Source: Octopus vulgaris
Lineage: Eukaryota
Direction of reading: 5' to 3'
Length of the DNA stretch: 64,000 bases
NCBI GenBank assembly: GCA_951406725.2
Contig: OX597814.1
Location: 161,634,001-161,698,000, forward strand
The notes beneath the pieces are model-generated. The model ran no database searches. It worked only from the letters and a program-made list of their open reading frames with translations, and was not told the DNA's origin. The position numbers were made by a program, and so were the translations under genes. Below, piece after piece: positions 38,456 to 52,600 of the stretch. Within the stretch, counting starts at the first letter, position 1. Each line of letters opens with the position of its first letter.

Positions 38456-38629
38456 CTTGTATTTATCTTGATCATCTATTTCCCCGGGTGTCAATTGTTT
38501 CAGTAAAAGTGTCAGACTCTTTAAAGACTTATGCCTGGTGCACAGATGCATCGCAGTTTGACCTTCATTGTCTTTCTCACGGCAGTTTGCATTTCTTGAT
38601 AACAGTAATTTCAATAGACGAAAATTACC
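38456..38629 (-). CDS. INVS: Inversin next coding exon, 174 bp
   Basis: Translates GNFRLLKLLLSRNANCREKDNEGQTAMHLCTRHKSLKSLTLLLKQLTPGEIDDQDKYK, matching the inversin segment GNYRFMKLLL.R.AN...KD.E..T..HL.TRH.S.K.L.LLLK...PGEVD.QDK.K. Polypyrimidine tract and AG at 38631-38630; donor AAG|GTAAAG at 38455. Phase 0/0, in frame with the previous exon. Confidence 0.93.
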
Positions 38630-41600
38630 CTAATAGAAATAAAAAAAAGAAAAGAAATCATTCATTTTTCTGAAATCTATCAATAGACAACAGTCAATGC
38701 ATAAACAGACAGGCAGGCGGGCAGATAGACAGACAGAGAGACAGACAGACACACACACACACATACACACACCAAATGAATCACATGAAATATTAAAATA
38801 TATCAACAATAACAATAATTAGGAGTTACAGCGAGTTGAATGGCAGACTGTCTACTGAAAGGTTAGTAGTTTGCATCATTTTAATGAAACTAAGGACATG
38901 ACTAAAACTACAAACTCTTACATTTTTCATGACTGAAACATTTAACATTGAATAACCCAGTCTGTGTAGCTGCAAGTAGAAATCATAGTTATGGTATAGC
39001 TCAATCCTATTCAAGCATCAGAAGCACAACCAAGTGAATGCTTCCAGAGTATATCTCCTGATACCAGAAGACTATCTAGTCTCTATCAAAACTTTTATTT
39101 ACTTTTCAAAAACTTCATTTCACTAAATGATTAATTGAATACAATGAAACCTTATACAAAAGCTCATTTCTTGACTGCTCAATCTTTATGTCTACAAATT
39201 TAACACATAAATACATCTGGTTTGTATTGCTATTCAAGATCACACAGTTAAATCATTTGAATTTTCAGACATTCTTTTCAGAATTTCTTCCGACATTCAA
39301 CTTCGTTTCTTTGAATAGAAGTAGAAACCAAGAAGTGAGAACAACATCAATTTAGTTCTGCCTAAACAGTGACACATTAGAATAGAATATTCCAGTAACA
39401 CTGAGATAACAGTAATTTGTTGCTTTCAGTGACTTTTCAATACTTAGAACAGCAGGAAGCCAAATAAACCATCAGGTTTGATTTGTTATTGTGCCTAGTT
39501 TGGCCCTCATTGTGATAGATTTAAATAATGGTGGAAACAAATCTTTCTTTAATGTAGCAGGGGTTGATAAAATAAGCGTCCAGAATATTCTAGGGATCAA
39601 TACATATCACTCTAAATAAAATTGGCCCTGTGCCTTGGACAGAGAGAATAAACATTTTCTAGTACAACAAGGAAATTGAAAAAAATGTTTGCTTATATTT
39701 TCTTTTCTTCCTGTTCATGAAAGCCAGTCCAGCATGTAATAAACCAATAGCAATAATGATGATACTGATGATGATGATGTTGGTGGTGCTGCTGGTAACA
39801 ATGATGATGATAATGGTGGTGGTGCTGCTGCTGATGATGATGATAATTGTTAAAACTAATGTTGATTATTATCTTTAATATACCTGTAGAAATATGCCCT
39901 AGGTGGCAGTTTTTAAAGATTTACATTTTAAAACAAAAAACAGTGAATCAACTCCACCTAATTAGCAAAGCACTGCATTCGATTCTATCTTGCAAATGAA
40001 ATTCACCTCGACTGTTGTGTAAAATATATCAACAAATAAATTTCACAATGGACATGAATCAAATCTAAAATTAACAACTGTGAAATTGGCACTCAGCATG
40101 TGATCCTTAATACAAGATTGGCAAAACCAATAAAGGATATTGAATGGAAATAAATTAATATAATGTTCAACAGTTATTAACTGTGTTTTAAATCAGTAGT
40201 CACACTTTGATCAATATACAATATATAACTCTAAAAAATATCATTTTCACCATTTTTTCCCTCTCTAATATTGACAACATCAAGGTTAGGTTGACAATGA
40301 TGGTGGCGATGCTGATGATGATAATGGCAATGACAGTGGTGGGGAAGAGAATGACAAAGAGGTGGAGGGAGGTTGTGTCTGTACTGATGTGGTTGATAAC
40401 AATAACTTTCTCTTTGACAACATAAAAATACCGATAAGTTTGTCTTTAAGATAAAACTAAGTTAGAAATTAAGTTGTGGAATGTGTTCTATAACAAACAT
40501 CAAAGTTAATAATTGATTTCTTAATTCTTATATAAACTTTCCCTGATAACGGGCTTATTTATTTGCTTTTATGAATCTAAGTATGTATTTATATATTAAG
40601 ATAATACATACATAAATACATACCTAAATACATACATAGATAGATATAGATATATATAACTAGACAAAAAAAGACATTTTGCAACAAAAGCAAACACGAA
40701 TGAATAAAGATATGCGAACAAAAATGTTAAGGAAAAGTATGACACATAAACATTGATGGAAATTGCTAAGATAATTAAAAAAACATACAGCATTAAGGAA
40801 AAAGAAAAAGTAAAATATAAAATAATGTGAAGTTATATTGAAGAAAAGGGTAAAAAAGATATAACTGTATGCTTGACGCTTCGTTTTGCCAGGCTTTATT
40901 AAAAAATGTATGGTAATGCAGTCAGAATGATTTCATTGGCAGACACATACCAACCCCTAAAAAGTTGGCTTTTTATTAAGCGCAAAAGAAATCAATATTT
41001 ATTTATACATTTTCTTTGACAAGACAAGCGATGGTAACTAACCAAGTGACAATGTTCATTCTTGTGGATTAGACAATTAAAAGAATGAACATTTCTAACA
41101 AGTTTTTGCATCCTGACAGTCCCAGTGACAGATTCTCTTTGCACTATTGTGTATCAGTCAGTGTTGTTTATAAGGAGGAAACTCTTCAAGACTGGCAATC
41201 CGCCATGTTGCCACATAGCCGAGATTCTCAATGACAAAAAAGTACAGACATGAAACTGTAATCTAAGCAAAGAAGTAGCAAGTTAGCTGTCTTATGGCCA
41301 TTTTCATTCTCGTTTATTGTTGATGTCTGTGGAATAACTTAATGACTCTTTTGCTTTGCTTTATATCCAGTGTAATCTTATTGATATTTTACTGTTATAT
41401 TTTATGTATGTTTTTGTTTTATTCTTCAATTAACTGAAGTTCATTCAACAAAACAAAAACCAGTCTGTAACCAAAAATCAAATATAATCACTCTAATTTG
41501 AAGAGACGAGTGCCGATGTCTTTCAATAAGAGGTGATTCAGTAAAAGGCAATAAGTGAGGGAAGTTAATGTACCATGAAGTGATAAGAAATAATAAGGGA

Positions 41601-42474
41601 ACTTCTATGCGGTTGTTTCACTTGCTTGAAATAGCAGTCAAATCTTCCTCAAATTACACCTTATTTTAAAAACAGAAAAGATACTTTGTATAACATAGTC
41701 CTAGATCAGTGTCAGTATCAGTTCTTCCTCTTGAGTTCATTGGGCAGTAATGTTCTCTGTTTACTGTAGTTTTCTCTATATCTGCCCATGCAATGCTGGC
41801 CTTTCTCATGTTGATTACGAATGTTTTGTGCTATTATAGAATTTGGTCTTCCTCTCTTTCTTTTTCCTTCTGGTGTTATCCATTTGAAAGTTGTTTTAAA
41901 ACAGTGTTAGATACCCTTAAAAAATGGGATGGTCAAGACTGGAACACTTCTGATAAGCAATCTGCTCAATGACAAGCTTAACAGCAACAAGGGAAAAGAC
42001 TCTTTTGTTGATATTTACAATAATTCAACATCTTTATACAAATAGAGAATCTATGAGAATTTTAATTAAATCAGTGAGAAGCAGGAGCTCAGATCTTTGA
42101 GAAAGTCTCTATTGCTGTTAAAGTTATTGCTATTGCTTTTATTTTTATTATTCCATGTGAGAGCACATGGCTAAGTGGTTAGGGTGTTGCATTCACAATT
42201 GCAAGATCATGGTTTCAATTTCTAGACCAGGTGGTGCATTGTGTTCTTGAGCAAAACACTTTATCTCTATTGCTCTGTGATCACTTCAACACTTGATGTG
42301 TGGTACACTGTGCACCTGTTCAGGTAGTGTCGATTTGATGGCGGGAATGACCTAATGTATAGCACATACATTTGATCACTATAAACAAATAATTTGTGCA
42401 GGTCATTCGGAAAAAGCTGAACGCTCATATGTTATCTTCAATGGGAGAGTCCATCATTATTGTTATTATTGTTA

Positions 42475-43106
42475 TTAGGTTGTTCCAAAAATAATAGCCG
42501 ATTTCAGAAACATAATTTTATTCTAGTAAAATTAACAATAGAAATGTTTTGATTAGTCAAAGTATGAGCCATGAACATCTAAGCATCTCTGATCAATCAA
42601 CGAAATTATTTATGCCTCGTTGATAAAAACTTATTGGCTTTGATGCCAAGAAATCTTTGAAAGCTGATTCCACCTCTGGTTTGGACCTGAAAGTTTTATC
42701 ACTTAAAGACATGCTTAAATGCTTTAAAAAATGGTAGTCAATTGGGTGAAAGATCAGGAGAATATGGAGGATGTGGTCAAGTCTTGTATCCCAAGCCTGT
42801 GAGTTTCTGCAGTGTCATTCTTGCAACATGTGGCTTTGCATTTTGTAGATCAGAATTGGCCCACACTGATTCATCAATGCAGGTCTCATTTTTGGCAAAT
42901 GAGCATGCATTTCAGTGAGTTGATTGCAGTAAACCTCTGCTGTAATGCTCTGATTGGCTTTCAGAAAGCTGTAATAGACAACACCAATCGAAGACCACCT
43001 GACAGTCACCATAATCTTTTGCTGATGCAACTTTGGCTTTGGGAAATGTTTGGGGGACTCATCATGATCAAGACATTGACCTGATTGTTTATGGTTATCA
43101 TAAAGT
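42475..43106 (-). mobile_element. mariner transposon 3' remnant
   Basis: KIMVTVRWSSIGVVYYSFLKANQSITAEVYCNQL and HPPYSPDLSP..YHFF motifs; TA|TTAGGTTGTTCC terminus. Confidence 0.8.
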
Positions 43107-43422
43107 ACATGATAACTCTTCCAATCAGTTGATATCAGAAGCCATGGGAGCCAGTGTTTGTTACTGCATCAAGGCATTTATAATTATTATTATCATTCTT
43201 AAGGCAGTAAGCTGGTGGAATTGTTAGCATGCCAGACAAAATACTTAGCAGCATTTTGCCCACCTTTATGTTGATAGCTCAAACTTTGCCTTTCATCCTT
43301 TTGGGGTCAATAAAATAAATACCAGTTGAGCACTGGGTCGACGAAATTGGCTAGACCCCCTCCCCCAGAATTTCAGGCCTTATACTTATAATGGAAAGGG
43401 TCATTATTGTTTTTGTTATTAC

Positions 43423-43471
<49 letters not shown>

Positions 43472-44029
43472 GAGTGAGAGAGCAGTGCATGCCATCAAAG
43501 TGACACTGGGGTAAAATATATGAAGCCCAGTATAGCCATCATGACTACCTGTCTGATAAGAGTACACCAGGCACATGCATCACAACCATATGTGCATGAC
43601 ATGGTGATCTCATATCAAGATAAACAGCGCATGACCTTGCAGGTGGAGCCCAGTTAGAATTTTCTTCTGGTTGAATAGCCCACCCCGCTCAAAAGGACCC
43701 TAAATAAGGTTTGTTTAAGGATGTTGAACGAACCACCTATGTTTCCAGAGGTGAATTATCCAAACCTCCAAGAATTCCTTTCAACACACGGCTATGATGC
43801 TCCCCCACTACTTTTGCTTGTGATCAGGGATGCATATATCGTCAACCACTAAGGGACATGGTCAACTGGTTATGGTCAAACAACTGAAAAGCAAATCTGT
43901 GGTATTGAGCAGAATATTTGCTGTAGCCCATCTTTTATACCAAGACAAAACAATGTACTTGATAACACTTCCAATCACTTAAGATCAGCAGCCATGAGAG
44001 CCACTGTCTGGTACTGCATCAGGGCGTTT
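43472..44029. mobile_element. ~560-bp non-coding element between (ATT)n runs
   Basis: Sharp boundaries with (ATT)n on both sides. Its right end (gataacacttccaatca...gccatgagagcca..gtactgcatcagggcgttt) recurs at 43107-43180. Confidence 0.6.
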
Positions 44030-45059
44030 ATTATTATTATTATTACTACTACTTATTTTTTTTAACACTGTCACATTGTCAAAGATTGTATCTTTAGACT
44101 TGTATGTAACATTCCTAGCATTAACATCTACTATTTCTCTGTTCATATCTCTGTTTAACAGCAGTTAAACCTAGCAGAGTGAAAAAACAGATTTTCTTTG
44201 ATTTCAGTGTGAAAAAAATTGTATTAGAGAAATCTCAACTATCTCCACCGACCAACTTCAGGTGTGTAAATATTTAGTAATGGAAATATATCAATGATTA
44301 AATTTGGAATTAAGCAAAGATTAAACTGATAGTGATTGTTCTTCACTGAACCAATCTATGATCAAAGGTATTCCAGCTGTGATTGATCTATATCTTTTTA
44401 GTTTGAATGACTGAGTTTGATTTGAGAGAATCCTGACTAGTATTTCTAGTAGATTAGGGAACAGTGTAAACCCCTTCATAAACTTATAATGAAGATCTAA
44501 TTGATACCTGTTTCTTCACTATATATCAGCTATAGATATTCTTTATTTGACCAAATTTTCCTTTGATTTTAGCATTGTCAAACAACTGACCTCTATAATA
44601 CAACAGTCAAGGAATGAACCAATAAAGGAGATTTAAAAAGATCACTCCACCTGCTACAAAATAGCATCCAAATACTTCACTCAAATCACACCTTAATATG
44701 TTTATAAAAAAGGAAAAGACATATTGGATAATATTGTCTGAGATAAATTATGCATGAAAGAAAAAAAAGATGACATGATCATAACAAGAATTCCCCTCTG
44801 GCAGCTCGATCAGGATAAACCAAGAACTAAACAACGATTACATATGGTAGGTGCACAGGGATAATAAATTCTATGAGTTTGTGCAAAATAGGCTCTCTAA
44901 TGTTCTTGACAAATGGTTGATAGCTCCTGTTATCTAGAGGACCCATTAATAGTGGGGATGGTGATCAGTAAACATATTATCAGAATAGGAGCTTATTGGA
45001 AAAAGTTCAGTGAGATGGTAACAAAGGTGCTTTTCCCTTCACAATGTAAGACAGATAAT

Positions 45060-45270
45060 ATGATGATTGTGTATGAAGCATGATGCTGCAAAGTATTGAG
45101 ATGTGAGCCTTGAATACAGAAGATTTGTAGAAGCTAGAAAGCAATGAAGTGAGCATACTCTGTTGCATCAGTCCAATAAGTTTACATGAACAGTGCAGTC
45201 AGTACAAATCAGCTGAGAAAAAAATGAGCACAAAAGGAATCAGCACACTCTGTAAAGTGGTTGGCATTGG
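45060..45270 (+). mobile_element. Decayed RTE fragment
   Basis: Remnant of ML.GSETWAL..ED..KLE.NE.S.L motif, followed by the RTE-tail motif cacactctgtaaagtggttggcatt. Confidence 0.4.
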
Positions 45271-47850
45271 GAGTGATTAAGTTAAACCTAATATTTCACT
45301 GGTACGTAACTCTATTCACCTCAGAAGGGCAAAGGTAAAACTAACCTTGGTGGAGTCAGGTTTGAATTTCAGCCCTTAACTAAAATCCACATAGCACTGT
45401 GTTCAATGCTGAAATGATTCTGCTAATTTATTGTCCAAAATTTACAAAAAACTAAAATCAATGCAAAATTCAATCTTATCCAAGATAATCAATATTTTAT
45501 ATCAACAATTGTTCAATTCAGAATATTTCATCTACAAAAACTAGGTTAATCCAGTAGCCCCAGGGCTATAGGACATCAATCAGATGTCATAATGAGATAA
45601 ATTCTAACAATCATTTCCAAATAAAAAATGTTAAATTTATCACAAAAAGATAAACATTTCTTTTCAGTTAACATGGTGCCACAATCAATGAAGAAAACTC
45701 TACTTGGTTGTACAACATGCAAAACTTGATAGCCAAGTCTCCTTCAAATCATATTTAAAGAATGAGATTTTAAAAAATAAGGTGAGATGGCCATAGCTGG
45801 AACACTTTTTAGTGCAGACCTACTTGATCTGCACTACAGGCCACAACTTGTCTGATTTGATCCTGGTTTAGTTAGCCTTTTACTGTTGTTGTCAGTCTAA
45901 AAGATACCAGAAGTTGTCAATATCTTGCTTATCTCCCAAACAATGGAGTAGTGTCATAAATCATACCCAAATGCTGGTTCTCCATTTGATGTGTTTATAA
46001 CAAATATAAATTACTATATTTCAATGAATTTGACTTTATTATATATCATCAAATAAACTGCAACCATAAATTGCATAATTTATATGACTGAATCTACTTT
46101 ATGATTAAGTCTTTAACCTACATATGAACCATTCTTAAGTCAAGAAGGGCTTCTGAGAGCTGGTGCTTATCACTGCTTCCAAGGTATGAGATAGATGGGA
46201 AGTACATCTGTTTGTCTAATGTGGTTAATGTTCCCAGGAGTTTGGCACCTATTCCAGAAATGTAAGAGAAGTGAAAAGGCGTCATTGTCATTGTAAGCAT
46301 CATCAGTGGCAGCAGCAGTGTCGTAGGCGTCATTGGTGGTGGTGGCGGCGTAGGCGTCTTCTTCTTCTTGCATGCTGACAAAGGTTGGATGGTTTGACAA
46401 GATCAAACAAGCTACAAGGACAAGTCAAGCTCCAATGTCAGCTTTGGCAAGGTATCTACGGCTGGGTACCCTTTACAAAGTGTACTGGCTGCTGTTTTTC
46501 ATGCCTCCAACACTAGAGAAGTTGTTGTGTAAACTTGCAAGACAGTAAAAAAACAGGGAGGGGGGACAAAAATGCTCTCACTACTAAGAAGGAAATATTT
46601 GAAGTGGAGGTTGGTGGTTTTATGAAAGCCCCCTCACTACTGCCTATTGAAAAGCTAAAGTAAGATAGAGGGACAAGTAGAGTTTTTTTTTTTCATTTGA
46701 AATACAAATTTTCAAAGAGAATAATTTAGCTGCAGTTTCTGCAGTATATCAGAACATACAATCTATCTGCAGATAGATCAATACCTAATCATATTCATAT
46801 CTAGCTATCTTTACACACCCACTATATGTAGTTGCCTGTATGTGTGTGTGGTGTGTGTGTATGTGTGTGTGTGTGTGTGTGTGCGTGCATGTGAGAAGTT
46901 GTCAGGCTACCCAGGGTTCCAGCCTAGGCTGAGCTGTTTATGATAGTCTTGAATAGCCAAGCCTGGGTAGGCCCTCAGCTTTTCATATAATAAACATATC
47001 TATCCACTCTACCTAATGTATTGAGTCCTATATCATATGATCTGTGCATTACATAAAATATATTTTCAATATATTTTACAACATCCCTTACATTATGATA
47101 TACATAGGGACATAAATGTATGTGTGTGCATGTACATTTATATATAGAAAATGAGCATATTAAAGAAGTGAGGTGAGAGAGTAAAATGTTCATTCCATTT
47201 GTTTACAGCTGTTTCATAATCTTTTTAGTCATATAACATACATATGAATTGTACACATAAACATATAAGTATGTGAATATCCCTATATACAAAGGTGCTG
47301 ACAAGGGAACTAATGAAATAGTCATAATTATCCCTAGCAGTTGAAAATATCAACTCTACCACAGAGTGTAAGTTGACCCTATATATATATATGCATGCAT
47401 GTGCACACACACAAGTGCGCATGCATGTGTATGTGTGTGTACATGTACAGTTGACAATCATATATTAACACATACTTATACACTCAGACATAGCAAAACC
47501 CTTGAAAGAAAATTCTGCTCTAGATAATATGTGGGAAAACACATCATTGGGCTACAAATGATGTTGTTGGATCATAGGATACAGCCCCCCACTCATAAAT
47601 AGAAAATGTCAGGTTTTGTGCCTATAGAATCATCATCATCATCATCATCATTTGGTATCTGTTTCCATGCTGGCATGGGTTAGATGGTTTGACTGGAAGC
47701 CAGAGAGCTGCACCAGGCTCCAGTTTGGTTTGTTTTGGTTTCTATGGCTGGATGCCCATCCTTGTGCCAACCACTCCAAGAGTATAGTGGGTGCTTTCTC
47801 TGTGTCACTGGCATGGGCACCTTTTACATGTAACCGGCAAAGGCACCTAA

Positions 47851-47948
47851 CAGGGTGACTCTAAGGCCAAGAGTTTTGTGAATTAGCACTTATCAAACTA
47901 CTGAAACCAGCTCCATAAGTGTCAACTCTTGGCTTTTGAGTTACTCTG
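47851..47948. mobile_element. 98-bp hairpin/MITE-like element
   Basis: cagggtgactc.aaggccaagagtt / aactcttggcttt.gagttactctg, plus inner cacttat/ataagtg. Confidence 0.55.
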
Positions 47949-48071
47949 TAACTTCTGCCTATTAATGATAAAGAAATTTATATACTCATGTTTTGAGTTT
48001 TATCTTCCAGTTAGTATCATGAAATGTGTGTGTGCATGTATAAACAATTGATAGTATGTGAAATGACTTAC

Positions 48072-48238
48072 CTTATGTGCAGCTCCATGCAGAGCTGTGC
48101 GGCCACCTTTATCTTTAATATTAACATTGGAACCTGCCTTAAGCAAAAGTTTAGCACAATGAGGTCGATCTGCTAACACACAGTACATGAGTGGAGTGCG
48201 ACCAAACTGATCAATACCATCGATAGGGAAAGTGTTAG
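48072..48238 (-). CDS. INVS: Inversin (ankyrin-repeat protein) internal coding exon, 167 bp
   Basis: Translates (x)NTFPIDGIDQFGRTPLMYCVLADRPHCAKLLLKAGSNVNIKDKGGRTALHGAAHK, matching the inversin N-terminal ankyrin segment DQFGRTPLMYCVLADR..C...LLKAG..VN..D...RTALH.AA.K. Acceptor tttcAG at 48240-48239 (phase 1); donor AAG|GTAAGT at 48071 (phase 0). Confidence 0.93.
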
Positions 48239-48727
48239 CTGAAATTAGAATATGTAGGGTATTTAGAAAGACAGAAGACAAACATTGAGAAAGTTTAGTA
48301 ATATGTGAAAATATGCATTTATGTTTGTGTAACATAGTAGCCATTACACCGTGTAGAATTTTCTCATTTTGAAGACGAAGAAAGTTTTAATATAAAATTT
48401 TCTTTTGACTATAAAGCTAAAACAAAGGGAAGGAATAAGACACAGAATAAGACATGGTGTAAAGTTTTGTCTCTAACACCCTTGGAGTATTGTGAAGAAG
48501 CTTCATATTAATAAAACACAATGGCATCAATACAAAATATATAAACAAAAACACAGTAAAAACTCTATGACAAAAATGAATAATATCAACAACTGCACCA
48601 CATGAAAACACATTAACAAATGCACATCTAATGTTTACGAATAAGATCCATTTAATAAAACTGAGCTTCAAAGAAAGCGTCAGAAATCTGTAACAGAATA
48701 ATTTCCTTATAGTATTTTTTATTTTTT

Positions 48728-48780
<53 letters not shown>

Positions 48781-49541
48781 ATGGATAAAAGTTAGAATTA
48801 AAATATTGCAGAAAAGAAAGAACACCCAGTCTAGATTATTGGACAGCTTGCAAAGAAAAGAGAAATATTTTATGCGTAAGAAACAAAAAGACGCCCAGGC
48901 TATCGTAAACAGATATATCTGAGTGGCTCTATGTTAAATATGTCAATTTACCACATAAAAAAATCTGAACAGTTGCAGATGGCTGAGTTGATAATATGTT
49001 TGTCTACAGACTGAAGTGCTGACAGTTAATTGTATAGACAATGCCAATGTGATATACTACTGATGTCCTCCTATCCAAGAAGAAGAAAGATATCTCTGAC
49101 TATTAAATAGGTCTAAAAATTGTAATTAGCTTTCCAAGATGTCTCAGAATATGAATAAAAATGAAATAAGGCAAAAGAGAGTGAAGTAAAAGTGTTAGAT
49201 CAATGCATTTACCTTTAAAAACTAGAATTTTTAAAGTACGTTCACAAATAACAGTTAGTGCAAATAATATTTTTTTTCTATTTGAGACTATGTGAAACTT
49301 AAGAAGCCTTAACATTTTGCAAGCATAAAAAATTGAAATAATATTAAAATATGTGGATTATTAGAAGTTGAGTTTGTTACAAAGAATAAAAAAAAAAAAA
49401 AAGATATGACAGAATCTTGTAAACAGCTCAATGTTGATATAGAAACTGTGTGTGGCTTGTATATTGGAACAGAGAAAAAACTTCTAGGAATTCATATATT
49501 TTTGCAATGTAAATAATTGTAAGTATTCAGAATACTTACAT

Positions 49542-49617
<76 letters not shown>

Positions 49618-52600
49618 GTATGTGTATGTATATAAAAGAATATTTTCTCATATGATCATTCCAAATATATAAAAGGGTAGGGGATTTCTCAAAAAATGAA
49701 AAATATCTTCATAAGTAATCAAAAGGTCTGTTACAGATTAAATAAGGTGTCCTTGATTTATGTATTGAATCAAAACTCCACTAAAAGATCAGGAATAAAT
49801 TTTGTTTGCCAATAGAAATAAAGTTTGGTTTCTTAACTTCTATATTTGAATATGTTTTAATGTTCCTTCATACGATATTATTTATTGACTTGCATGTACC
49901 AAAAAATATTCACTGACATGTTAGCTGTTTGAAGAAAATCAATTGTTGCTTATTTTTCCACAAACTCCAGAATTAAAAATAAAAACCCGTTATAAATCGA
50001 ATAAAATAAAACGGTTATAAATCGAATATTAGCAAATATTTCTTCTCCTTAGCAATAAAAAAATAGTTATTGGTGGGTATCTAGGAAACATAGAAAATGC
50101 AAAAAATCTAAAGAGTAAAAATACACTATGAGCAACATGGGAAAATATTTAAAGATTTTTGACTATTAACCTGAAGTCAAGATTATTTGGGTTTTAATTT
50201 TATTAAGTATTTTAGCAAAATGATTGCAAGAAAAATTGGTCATAATGAGTAAATGGAGAATATTGGACCCCATCATCCATTAAAGATATGGAATCAAAAT
50301 TCTTAATTTTGACAGTAGAAACATGGCTGATAAACGACAGAAGAGGATGGAGAAATTTGATCAATAAGCAGGTTGTTCCTTGGGGTATTGGCTATAGAGT
50401 TAAAGACCTCATAATCTTATCATAAATCAATAAATATTAGTGCTATAAAATCCAAGAAAGATACCATGCATTCATTCTTGCACATACACATGTACATACA
50501 TGCAAGTGTGACTACATGTTACACACAAACGAAACCTGAAATATGATCTACCTAAAAAGAAAAAATATGTAAAAATCCTTAAAAAATTGACAAAGACAAG
50601 AATAAAATAATAACAAAGTGAAAGTTATGACTATACAAAAGACCATGCTAACCTCTTAAAACATGAAGTCATTATTACAGTTTGCTTCACACAAAATATA
50701 TATATATAATAATACTCTCAAGAAACATTGTGCAGATGTTATCTAAATATAAAAAAAAAATATTTTCATGAGTTATTTTTTCAATTATTGTATATTATAA
50801 CTGCCACCACTACCACCACAACCATCACTGCACACATAACTGTGAAATGACATTTAGCTCTTTCTCTGTTTACTTTCACTTTCACTACTTACACGCTTTC
50901 AAGACATAAATAGCATCACATTGTTAATATGCTGGAAGCTCTTGGTAAACCACAGAGATGTGATTGGCTTATCGCTAAGTGCCAGGTCATCCCTGATCAA
51001 ATAGACCTATGATCAAAATGCATTCCAGCTATGACCATCCTGTCTTGTTTTTAATTCACATACTGTATATTTAGAATAATAATGGTCTTCCATTTTGAGA
51101 TGATAGGGTATAATTTATGAGACATGGCATCTGTTTCTAGCAGGTTTGGAGGCTGTAAGAGCTTTCTGATTAGCTTGTGTGGTAAAACATATCTATGAAA
51201 GCAAGTACAACAATCTTCATAGTGGTTACAAACTAAACACATAAGGTGTGATTTAACATTACTGACAGTTATTAGTAATGCTCAATTTAAAGCACAAAAT
51301 ATGAAGAAATATACAAAATTGTCTCAACTTTAGTACAATTAGTAATAATTACTAATAATCATATAATGGAAGATTTAGTAGACCATGTCAGAATTTCAAC
51401 TTAAGACTGCATGCCGATGACAGCTAGGTAATTATGAAATTTATAGTGGAGACCTATGTAGACTATTAACATGTACTAAAGTTTGGCATTTTTAACTTTT
51501 GATACTTATGTAACTTGCCAAATTCAACCAGCTCGTCATCATCATCATTGTTTAACATCCGCTTTTCATGCTAGCATAGGCTGGCTGGACGATTTGACTG
51601 AGGTCTGACGAACCAGATGGCTGCACCAGACTCCAATCTGATCTGTCAGAGTTTCTACAGCTGGATGCCCTTCCTAACACCAAGTGTTTAGTAATTGTCA
51701 CTGTTTAGTCCATATGTGCTCTGATCAAGCAGACCTATGACCGAAAGCATCCTAGCTGTAGCCATTTGTCTTCTAACATTACATTATCCAATGTGTTGGC
51801 TTTTTTGTTTTGAAAGATTGTAGAGCTATGATTTTCACTCATTTTTTGCCAACGGACCCCTTTGATTCCTATTTTACTCTACTGGACCTTCATAGCCATT
51901 CAATGTTTCCTATTGCATTTTTACAATTAACCCATGCTAGCATGGAAAACAGACATTAAATGATGATGATGATGATGATGATGATATTAGGAATTGTATA
52001 AAAAAATTAAAATAATTAGTGTATTGTAGAAGCATAAGCAATTTGTTGCACATAAATTTTAACAACAAAATCTTATATGGACCCCCAGTTAATAACCACT
52101 GCAGTAGAATGTCATTTGCCTTTTATTGGCTTACTATGAGCATAGGGTTTGGAACATGTAGTTGTTTATGGAGAAAGGAAATATTAGGTCAACTAATTTT
52201 AATAGAAGTTAGCAATTTGGCTGTTAGCCAATTCACTAAATAAATAGATAATCATTGGTAAAGGTAACAGTTCTGTAATTTTCTTCCAGCATCTGAAAAT
52301 CTTGCAATGAATTAATTTAATTAGTACAGCAGTACTTATTAGATCATCTATGTAATGAAACAGTTTAGCCTACTACTTCAAATATGCTATCATAGCAGAC
52401 ACATCTATTCATATTGCCAACTGCAGCAGTGCATGTAGTACATTTAAGGAATTGATTCGTTATATTTATACAGCACGAATAAATTTATGAGTAATTTTGG
52501 TATTACAAAGATTTTGTCTGGCATTTGTTTCTAGACCAATGAAAGAAAACCTGAAAAGTATACTATGAGAGAATATATTACTAGTTGGTAAAGATTTCCA

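Noticed and set aside
43552-43625. CTGATAAG followed by a hairpin in the (ATT)n-flanked element
   Set aside because: The core deviates from CUGANGA and no GAAA follows.
48239-48344. N-terminal extension of ORF 48000..48344 and its tail after ..AAHK
   Set aside because: Intronic read-through beyond clear AG/GT splice sites; ankyrin similarity stops at those sites.
52390-52445. Minus-strand TAAVGN stretch as the INVS first coding exon
   Set aside because: Poor match to HAAAVNGDK and no phase-1 donor.
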